NCBI GenBank assembly: GCA_048940925.1
Contig: JBHLOC010000067.1
Coordinates: 1-15,021 of the forward strand
Direction: 5' to 3'
Origin: Promethearchaeota archaeon
Lineage (GTDB): Archaea; Asgardarchaeota; Lokiarchaeia; Sigyniarchaeales; SOKP01
Length of the DNA: 15,021 nt
Shown here: positions 1-6,896 of the stretch, piece after piece
How the letters are laid out: the number at the start of each line of letters is the position of its first letter
Position numbering within the stretch: the stretch's first letter is position 1
Position numbers and translations under genes: made by a program
Notes under the pieces: generated by a model
Databases searched by the model: none
The model's input: only the letters and a program-made list of their open reading frames with translations
Told to the model about the DNA's origin: nothing

Positions 1-479
1 CCTGCGAAAATTAATTGCACAAATATGAATACTGCATTTTGAATTCCAATATCACTTAATTTACCAAAAGCTCCTCCTATTAAATAAGCTATAGCATTGA
101 AAATTGTTAAAAACACAGAAAGAACCTTCTGTGATCCACTAAACATAGCTCTATCATAAGAATCTGCCATGTCTACATCTATGATTTTTGAACCTAATAA
201 TAATTGCATAATAAGTCCTGCTGTTACAATTGGGCCTATGCCAAGCTCTGTAAGTGTTCCCCTCTTACTCGCGAGAATTACTCTTAACCAATAAAAATAA
301 TCTGTTGATTCCTGAAGCTGAACACCATATAGAGGAATATTTGACATAATTAGGTATATTATAAGGACAATCGCAGTCCAAATGAACTTTTCCTTAAAAG
401 AAACTTCTCGCTGTGGCTGTTTTATTTCCGGCATTGCCCGAACAAAAGGAGTGAAGAATTTTATAAATTTTCCAGCCAT
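1..479 (-). CDS. secY: Preprotein translocase SecY/Sec61-alpha, N-terminal part (runs off the window edge; absent from the ORF track)
   Basis: Manual translation from ATG 479: MAGKFIKFFTPFVRAMPEIKQPQREVSFKEKFIWTAIVLIIYLIMSNIPLYG...LRVILASKRGTLTELGIGPIVTAGLIMQLLLGSKII... The PEI..P....F.EK..WT, PLYG and GTL.ELGI.PIVT motifs are archaeal/eukaryotic SecY/Sec61a signatures. Confidence 0.96.
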   Translation of the reverse strand, partial: MAGKFIKFFTPFVRAMPEIKQPQREVSFKEKFIWTAIVLIIYLIMSNIPLYGVQLQESTDYFYWLRVILASKRGTLTELGIGPIVTAGLIMQLLLGSKIIDVDMADSYDRAMFSGSQKVLSVFLTIFNAIAYLIGGAFGKLSDIGIQNAVFIFVQLIFA

Positions 480-746
480 ATTTAATCAGTAGCGTCAGTT
501 TTATTTGGGTATATTTGATAGATGTATCAATTTTGTGATTTAAAATCTGAAATTTGAAATGTAATTTAAAAAAAATTGAATTTTAAAAAAAGTTTTTGAT
601 CTAAGAAATGATTTTAGAGAAATAAGATTTCAGCACTGAGTCTAAAAATTAAGTTTCATAAAAATGATTATTCTTCAGTTAAACCATTAAGATCTATTAA
701 TTCTGTTAAATCTTTAAGAATTAATATAATCTAATAATTAGAGTAA

Positions 747-1037
747 TTAGAAGAGACTTCCAATACCCGTAGGTTCCGCTTCTTCTTCTTCCTCTTCTTT
801 TTTCTTTTTTTCTTTCTTTTCTTCTGCAATACCTCCAGTTGGAGCAGCCATTACCGGCATTGTACTAGCAGATTTCACTATTTCATCGATATCTGCTTTT
901 TTTAATCCAGTAATTAGCTTCGCGATTTGATCTTTATCAACTTTTGCACCTGCGGCAGTTAGCACCTTCTCTACATTTGTTGCGCTAACTTTTTTCCCAA
1001 CTTTATGGAGTAGTAATGCTGCATAAACGCTTTCCAT
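747..1037 (-). CDS. rpl12: 50S ribosomal stalk protein P1 (aL12/P1-P2 family)
   Basis: N-terminus MESVYAALLLHKVGK, Ala/Lys/Glu hinge and C-terminal GIGSLF. It is the last gene of the L11-L1-L10-L12 cluster, with a GAGGT SD-like motif upstream. Confidence 0.96.
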   Translation of the reverse strand: MESVYAALLLHKVGKKVSATNVEKVLTAAGAKVDKDQIAKLITGLKKADIDEIVKSASTMPVMAAPTGGIAEEKKEKKKKEEEEEEAEPTGIGSLF

Positions 1038-1110
1038 AATATCTAACCTCTTTTTATTTTGTTTATTATTATATTTATGATTTTAATTGAAATTTAAAAA
1101 ATATCTTAGT

Positions 1111-2001
1111 TTAACCAAATAATCCGCCAATCCCCACTTCTTCTTCCTCGGGTTCTTCTTTGGACTCCGTCTTTACATCTTTTACTTCTTCGGGTACAGC
1201 GGTTATTACTCCCTCTCCAAAAATTACAGCATTTATAATATTAGCCTCAGATGTTGCCTTGCGAATGTACTCTTCTGTCATATCTTCTAAATAAAAAGGT
1301 ATTTCAAAAAGAATTGACAGCGCTTGTCTATAAGCCGTTGCGAAATCGGTTTTAAATTGATCCATATCCATATATAGAATTTCTTCAGGAATTATTTCTC
1401 CATCACTCCATGCAAAATGAATCTTAATTAAAGACTCGATGGGAGCAATTCCCAATTTCTTCAATACCGCTGCTTGTTTAACATCAACTACATCACCGGC
1501 TTTATGAGTCCTAGTATCTTCTCTAATCCATATTGTATCATTTTGAATCCTTGTCGGTAATCGTAAAGTCATATTCAATTCACTTATGACTTGCCCAGTT
1601 GGCAACCCTGTATCTCCTGCGGGTACCCAAATATCTACTGGTGTAATTTCATCTGGTTTTGCTGGAACCATCCATTCATTTTTAAGAAAAATGTTTTTAA
1701 GTTCAAATAGATCAAGATTAGTAAATACTAGACTAGATTGACCAGGGATATGTGCGGCTAATTCATCCAAATTTGGTTTTTTTGACTCTTCTTTAAATAA
1801 CTCTATTGCTCGAAGTTGCAGAGATTTCTTTGACATTCTAAATACTGCTTTTTCTCTTAAAAGTTTACGCATAGATTGAATTTGTTGATCATGAATATGA
1901 GCAACTTCGATAACAGCAATATTTTTATATTTTTTAAATAAAACCACTAAATGTTCAATTTCATCGAGTTTCCATTGTGGGATATATTTATTTTTAATCA
2001 A
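1111..2001 (-). CDS. rpl10: 50S ribosomal protein L10 / acidic stalk protein P0 (uL10); start revised to TTG 2001
   Basis: IPQWK N-terminus, PAK..I.PVDIWVPAGDTGLP insertion domain, LKKLGIAP and acidic tail ending GIGGLFG. GAGGTG (2009-2014, minus strand) lies 7 nt upstream of an in-frame TTG at 2001, which fits better than the track start at 2016. Confidence 0.95.
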   Translation of the reverse strand: MIKNKYIPQWKLDEIEHLVVLFKKYKNIAVIEVAHIHDQQIQSMRKLLREKAVFRMSKKSLQLRAIELFKEESKKPNLDELAAHIPGQSSLVFTNLDLFELKNIFLKNEWMVPAKPDEITPVDIWVPAGDTGLPTGQVISELNMTLRLPTRIQNDTIWIREDTRTHKAGDVVDVKQAAVLKKLGIAPIESLIKIHFAWSDGEIIPEEILYMDMDQFKTDFATAYRQALSILFEIPFYLEDMTEEYIRKATSEANIINAVIFGEGVITAVPEEVKDVKTESKEEPEEEEVGIGGLFG

Positions 2002-2005
2002 GTTA

Positions 2006-2734
2006 TTACACCTCAATTGCTTTCAGGAAATTTTCAGTAACTTTTACTGGTTTCCCCATCGTAGATTTTAAATACATTGATTTGAAATTGTTGTATTTAT
2101 GTGGCATTTGATCTGCAATAAAATCAACAATTGTTTTCATATTTTCAAATAATTTATTGAATTCCATTGACTTTTTTCCTAATTTTACAAAAATGATTGG
2201 GTGTTTTTTCATTTGAATATTAACCACTTTTTTATATCTCTCAAAAGCAACCTTTAAATCATCTGGATTAGAGATAATTCCATAGCCAGAAGGAAATGGT
2301 TTAGGCATTTTGCCTAAAGGGCCAAGAAATCTTGCTAAATATCGAGCGACATCTCGCATCATTTTGTCTTCGACAACAAAAAAATCATATTTTTTTGCAA
2401 ATTTTTTTTTATTCTTCTTTTCTTCGTTATTTAATTTTATTAATCCATCAGAATCGAGAGTATCGACACCTAATTTCTTGGCTTCAAGTAATATTTCATC
2501 TGAAGCAATTACACATATATTGGGTTTTTCTTTACCAATTACTTCGTTTGTTAAAATAATTTCTTTATCAATTCTGTTCTTAGGATCATTTAAATTAATA
2601 TCTTTTACATTAATAATCAAATCAATTGATTCATCAAACTTTCTAACTTTTTCTTTAAAGCCTTCTCTTCTAATTATTGAAAAATCAATAGCTGCATTTA
2701 ATGATTTTTTTAATAATTTATCATCTACTTTCAC
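2006..2734 (-). CDS. rpl1: 50S ribosomal protein L1 (uL1); start revised to GTG 2734
   Basis: RKFDESIDLIINVKDINL, LARFLGPLGKMPKP and YLKSTMGKPVKV motifs. GGTGA (2743-2747, minus strand) lies 8 nt upstream of an in-frame GTG at 2734, directly after the rpl11 stop. Confidence 0.95.
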   Translation of the reverse strand: MKVDDKLLKKSLNAAIDFSIIRREGFKEKVRKFDESIDLIINVKDINLNDPKNRIDKEIILTNEVIGKEKPNICVIASDEILLEAKKLGVDTLDSDGLIKLNNEEKKNKKKFAKKYDFFVVEDKMMRDVARYLARFLGPLGKMPKPFPSGYGIISNPDDLKVAFERYKKVVNIQMKKHPIIFVKLGKKSMEFNKLFENMKTIVDFIADQMPHKYNNFKSMYLKSTMGKPVKVTENFLKAIEV

Positions 2735-2735
2735 T

Positions 2736-3233
2736 TTACAATTCACCTTTTATTTTTTCATCATATTCTCCATTATCTATTCCTTTTTGGATAATTTTTG
2801 GGTCTTCTCCCTCTACGGTTAATCCCACTGATAAAGCAGTTCCAAGAACTGATTTTACCGCAGCTTTGTATGTCTTTTCCAAAAACGTATCTTTTTTAGC
2901 ATCTACAACTGCTATTATCTGATTAAGTGTTAAATTGCCAATCTTATCATCTGAACATGCTGAACTCCCTTTTTCAACTCCCGCTTCTTTAAGTAATAAA
3001 GATGCAGTAGAAGGTGTTTCAATAAATATCTCAAATTGCTTTGTCTCTGGATCACATTCAATCCTTACAGGAACAGTTAATCCCTTAAAAACCATTGTCT
3101 GTTCATTTATCACATCAACTACATCTTTAATATTAATCCCGGTAGGACCAACTGCTGGACCAATTGGGGGTCCACCACTAGCACTCCCTCCAGTCACCAA
3201 TGCTTTTACAACAATTTTCCCTTTTTCACTCAT
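2736..3233 (-). CDS. rpl11: 50S ribosomal protein L11 (uL11)
   Basis: GGSASGGPPIGPAVGPTGIN, FKGLTVPV and KSVLGTALSVGLTVEG are archaeal uL11 signatures. Confidence 0.97.
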   Translation of the reverse strand: MSEKGKIVVKALVTGGSASGGPPIGPAVGPTGINIKDVVDVINEQTMVFKGLTVPVRIECDPETKQFEIFIETPSTASLLLKEAGVEKGSSACSDDKIGNLTLNQIIAVVDAKKDTFLEKTYKAAVKSVLGTALSVGLTVEGEDPKIIQKGIDNGEYDEKIKGEL

Positions 3234-3315
3234 TATAATTCTAATTCCTCTATAGTAAGTTTTTCACTTTAAATATTCAAGGGCAAAGGAACATAAGAAT
3301 GTTATTTACTACTCA

Positions 3316-3340
3316 TTTCAATATATATAACATATTGAAA
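3316..3340 (-). promoter_or_regulatory. Putative rpl11-operon promoter: TATA-like core inside a perfect 9-bp inverted repeat
   Basis: TTTCAATAT-N7-ATATTGAAA; the minus strand reads TTATATAT across the centre; about 85-105 nt upstream of the rpl11 ATG. Confidence 0.35.
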
Positions 3341-3545
3341 CCGTTTTATTTTTACGTCCTAAGTCTTTTAAAATGAATCGAACTTAGTAATTTTATGAAT
3401 GAAAGAATGTTAAAAAATTTTTTTAAAATAAGAATAAATGAAAATTGACACCATACTCTATGTTCATCCTCTATATTAAGTTTTAATTATTCTCCAGACA
3501 AGGTGTTAGAGATCATATTTAAAACTAAATTAACTTATTTAATAA

Positions 3546-4634
3546 TTATAGGAAATAATCTTGTATAATTTTGTCAATTGGTCTAAAAACATTTAAATCA
3601 CCATCCCATTCTTGTAAAAGATTGGAATAAATTATTTCTATTTTTTCGATGAGATTTTTTAATAAAAGAGGAAATGAATTTAATTTTTCTTCACTGATTA
3701 AAACGCCATATAGATAAAATCCTGGTTGAATAACAATATATTTTCCTTTTTTCTCAATGATAGAAGCAGCTTGCTCTTCACTTATCTGCTCTAGCATCAT
3801 TCTTAAGCTTGCTAAAATTCCTGAAACGGATGATCTATAACTCAATTTATCCTTTTCTACAAATGATTTTTCATAAATCAATAATCCTGATTTATGGATA
3901 ATAAAAAGATTCTCAACCTTCTTTTTCCACTCATATTCTGAAAAGGAAGGAATAGAAATAAAAAATGAAAAAAAGAAAATAAGAGCTACCAGTTGGAAAC
4001 AATCTCCTATAATTCGAGAGATTAATCCAAAAATTCTAATTATAAGATCTGTTGTTAAACCAAATCCAGAAATAAGAAATATGGTTCCAATTACTAATTG
4101 AAGATACTTATATTTAAATTTTCCTAGTATTGGGTTTGATTTAAAGAGTGAACTTAATTCTACACTATAAAATATGAAAAATAACACAAAAATAGGCCAA
4201 AATGTAAATGATATAACTTGCCCATAATTAAAATTATGAATTATTATTATAAAAAATACAATTATATTTAGACTGAAAATTAATGTGAAAAGATATTTTT
4301 TTAATAAAATCTTGTATCTTTCTATGGTGTAAATAAATGTAAGCGCTCCTAACATCAAAGAAATGTAACCAAAATTTAAAAATATTGTCCTAAATTCGGA
4401 GGATATTACATAATGATCTCCTATAATAAAAAATATCCACATTAATGAAAATCCTAAAAATAAATATACATATCCCTTCTCTTGAAGACTTTTTAATTCA
4501 TTTTTAGATTTAAAAACACGATTCAAAAAAATCAATGTAAATTCAAAAAATAATAAGATTATTGCCCATTCAATTACCAAGGCTATTTCCGCTATAGATC
4601 CTCTCAATGGAAACTGTATTTCTTCACAAATCAT
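3546..4634 (-). CDS. 7-transmembrane protein with C-terminal longin-like cytoplasmic domain (paralogue A)
   Basis: Seven hydrophobic segments in aa ~14-230, with Lys-rich loops after TM1, TM3 and TM5. These are followed by a ~120-aa soluble domain (VENLFIIHKSGLLIYEKSF...SGILASLRMMLEQI...YLYGVLIS...EWDGDLNVF) with the beta-beta-alpha-beta-beta-beta-alpha-alpha pattern of Asgard longin-like domains. Confidence 0.78.
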   Translation of the reverse strand: MICEEIQFPLRGSIAEIALVIEWAIILLFFEFTLIFLNRVFKSKNELKSLQEKGYVYLFLGFSLMWIFFIIGDHYVISSEFRTIFLNFGYISLMLGALTFIYTIERYKILLKKYLFTLIFSLNIIVFFIIIIHNFNYGQVISFTFWPIFVLFFIFYSVELSSLFKSNPILGKFKYKYLQLVIGTIFLISGFGLTTDLIIRIFGLISRIIGDCFQLVALIFFFSFFISIPSFSEYEWKKKVENLFIIHKSGLLIYEKSFVEKDKLSYRSSVSGILASLRMMLEQISEEQAASIIEKKGKYIVIQPGFYLYGVLISEEKLNSFPLLLKNLIEKIEIIYSNLLQEWDGDLNVFRPIDKIIQDYFL

Positions 4635-4649
4635 GAAAACATTTTGAGT

Positions 4650-5798
4650 TTAACTCGTGTGCAGTAATATTTCAATTTTTTTGTTAAAATCTAAAAATAT
4701 TTGGTTTTCTTTACCCTCAATTGCATTCAAATCAAGTAATATATTTCTATACAGTTTACTAAACTGTTCGCATATTAATTTTAAAAAGTATCTAATGCTT
4801 ACCATTTCCTTCTTGATTAAAATACAATACATAAGAAAAGCCAAATCACGTCTACCATGATTTAATAATATCAAATTCTCTCCCTGCTTAATCTTTTCAA
4901 TTTTAGATTCTTTTGATTTTGTAATTTTTGAAATGATATTATCTATTCCAATAATACCACCAGGAAATAAAACATTGTATTTGTTAGAATTTCTAAGAGC
5001 CTTATTATTTTCTAAATATTCTTCATTACTTTTAACAAAATTATAATAATATATAACTTTAAATCTCTCTGAGTCGATAATGTAAAGACTCAATAGGTTG
5101 TCTTGCCAATTAAACTCTAAAAAGGTTGGAAAACCAAAAATAGCATAAACCACGATTAGTTGTCCTAAAATAACTATTGGGCTATAAATTAAAGCAATAA
5201 TATTCTGTTGGTTAGGGGTGAAAAGATATGGATTTTTTTCCGCACCTATTATTATCATCACCACAATTATAGTTTCACCAATAAGCAATAAGATTAATTT
5301 ATTTCTAATGTTTCCAGTTGAGTTGTTTATTAATTTGATATGAAAGAACAACATATAGATACCTCCAATAAATATAGCTACTAATATGAGAATACCTACA
5401 ATTGTGATGTTAATGACAAATAAAATAAGAATAGATATGATAACTGTAATAATACAAACTAACCTTGTTATTTTTATATTAATTAATTCATTAAAATCTT
5501 TTTGAGATATTATCAATAAAAATGAAATTGTTCCAATAAATATTAAAATATGTGAAAAATTTAATATAAAATTTGATAGTCTTGAATTTTCTACATAATA
5601 ACTGGTAATTGTGCGAAATACTACGCCAGTAAATCCAAATCCATATAATAACCCAAAAGCTAATAAAAATTTATTAATTCCTAATTTTTCTTTTTTAATT
5701 CGAAAATATCTATAAAAAAAATAAAAGCTTATCTGATACGCAATTATTAAAATTATAAAGATAAATGGATAATGATATGCTTTTAATTCAATTCCCAT
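4650..5798 (-). CDS. 7-transmembrane protein with C-terminal longin-like domain (paralogue B)
   Basis: Seven hydrophobic segments in aa ~10-225. The junction motif PTFLEFNWQDNLLSLYII parallels PSFSEYEWKKKVENLFII of paralogue A, followed by GGIIGIDNIISKIT..KIEKIKQG...MYCILI. Only 15 bp separate it from paralogue A. Confidence 0.75.
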   Translation of the reverse strand: MGIELKAYHYPFIFIILIIAYQISFYFFYRYFRIKKEKLGINKFLLAFGLLYGFGFTGVVFRTITSYYVENSRLSNFILNFSHILIFIGTISFLLIISQKDFNELINIKITRLVCIITVIISILILFVINITIVGILILVAIFIGGIYMLFFHIKLINNSTGNIRNKLILLLIGETIIVVMIIIGAEKNPYLFTPNQQNIIALIYSPIVILGQLIVVYAIFGFPTFLEFNWQDNLLSLYIIDSERFKVIYYYNFVKSNEEYLENNKALRNSNKYNVLFPGGIIGIDNIISKITKSKESKIEKIKQGENLILLNHGRRDLAFLMYCILIKKEMVSIRYFLKLICEQFSKLYRNILLDLNAIEGKENQIFLDFNKKIEILLHTS

Positions 5799-5958
5799 AG
5801 GTTGTTAGTAGTCTTTTTATTAAATAAATTTTTATAGTGTTGTTTTTCTCATGAAAATTTTTAAATTTAAGAATTTTTCACATCTATTTTTATATTACGA
5901 TTCTTATTCATGATTCATATTATTTAATCTGCTTTGATAAATGTTTGAAAAAAATTGT

Positions 5959-6012
5959 TTAATATTAATATTAAGTTTATAAAAAGAAAGTTTAGCAGTC
6001 TGCACAGGGGAT
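5959..6012 (+). promoter_or_regulatory. Putative GTPase promoter and ribosome-binding site
   Basis: 16-bp AT palindrome TTAATATTAATATTAA (5959-5974), TATA-like TTTATAAA (5976-5983) and purine-rich AGGGGAT (6006-6012) just before ATC 6018. Confidence 0.35.
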
Positions 6013-6017
6013 AAAGG

Positions 6018-6554
6018 ATCTCGTTCGATTTAACATTTAAAATATGTGTTTTTGGGGACTCTGGAGTAGGAAAGACATCACTAATTCATCGTTATATAAC
6101 AGACAAATTTAATTTAGATATTGGAAGGTCAATGGGTGTTAATCTTAATACTAAAAACGTATATATAGAAGGTTATAGTATAAATTTGCAAATATGGGAT
6201 TTTGTTGGTGAAGAACGCTTTAAAATTCTTTTACCTAGTTACGCTCGAGGGACTTTTGGGGGAATTTTTATGTATGATATTTCGAATAAATCTTCACTGA
6301 TAAATTTGAATGAATGGATTTTGCTTTTTAAAAATAAAGTTGTTGAACCCAAAAGACAAATACCAATTTTAATTGTAGGAGGTAAATTAGATTTATATGC
6401 AAAGAGAAAAGTAAATCTTGAGGATGCATATAGTTTATCCGATTCTTATGATATATTCGGCTATATTGAATGTTCAGCAAAAACAGGTGAAAATGTGGAA
6501 AAAGTGTTTTTAACTTTAATTACTGAGATTATGAAGAGTTCAAGCTTTTTATAA
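6018..6554 (+). CDS. Rab-like (Ras superfamily) small GTPase, ~178 aa; extended 5' of the track ORF (6132)
   Basis: The frame stays open upstream to TAA 6012-6014 and reads ISFDLTFKICVFGDSGVGKTSLIHRYITDKF. G1 GDSGVGKTS, G2 region RSMGVNL, G3 WDFVGEERF, G4 GGKLD, G5 ECSAKTGENV. Confidence 0.92.
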   Translation: MSFDLTFKICVFGDSGVGKTSLIHRYITDKFNLDIGRSMGVNLNTKNVYIEGYSINLQIWDFVGEERFKILLPSYARGTFGGIFMYDISNKSSLINLNEWILLFKNKVVEPKRQIPILIVGGKLDLYAKRKVNLEDAYSLSDSYDIFGYIECSAKTGENVEKVFLTLITEIMKSSSFL

Positions 6555-6677
6555 AATAATTAATTAAGTTAAAAAATTTTAAAAATTGGCTTTATGTTCT
6601 AATTATGCGAAAATTATCATGAATTAAGTATTCTATGATTAAATGAATGTTAGAAACTTATTTTAAAATAAAATGGA

Positions 6678-6863
6678 TTAAAATCTGCAACATAATCGAC
6701 GACCAAATTCTAAATTATGTTTAAAATATTCATCTTCAAGAAATTTCATGATAATTTCATAATCTAAATTCACTTTTTCTGCAATCTCCTCAATCTCAAC
6801 CCCCGGAGTTGCTATTAAGTTTAGAATTTCCTTTTTAGTTTCTTCGCTAATTTCTGTACTCAT
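6678..6863 (-). CDS. Small acidic HTH-like protein with C-terminal RRLCCRF
   Basis: EILNLIATPGVEIEEIAEKVNLDYEII resembles a helix-turn-helix. ATG start, 33 bp downstream of and co-oriented with cheB. Confidence 0.6.
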   Translation of the reverse strand: MSTEISEETKKEILNLIATPGVEIEEIAEKVNLDYEIIMKFLEDEYFKHNLEFGRRLCCRF

Positions 6864-6896
6864 TATTTATAAACTAATCTTTCTTATTAAAAAAGT

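Noticed and set aside
612-648. Weak hairpin between rpl12 and secY (TTTTAGA...TCAGCACTGAGTCTAAAA)
   Set aside because: Short, imperfect and AT-rich; insufficient to call a terminator, SECIS or ncRNA.
781-822. TTC/TTT microsatellite-like run
   Set aside because: Encodes the Lys/Glu-rich hinge of P1; not an independent repeat.
2310-3255. Plus-strand ORFs 2310-2822, 2332-2559, 2701-2922 and 2935-3255
   Set aside because: Antisense shadows of rpl1 and rpl11 with no recognisable motifs.
4657-4860. 67-aa plus-strand ORF
   Set aside because: Fully antisense to 7TM-longin paralogue B.
3546-5798. 7TM proteins as microbial rhodopsins or heliorhodopsins
   Set aside because: No retinal-binding Lys in the predicted TM7 of either protein (no DxxxK or SxxxK).
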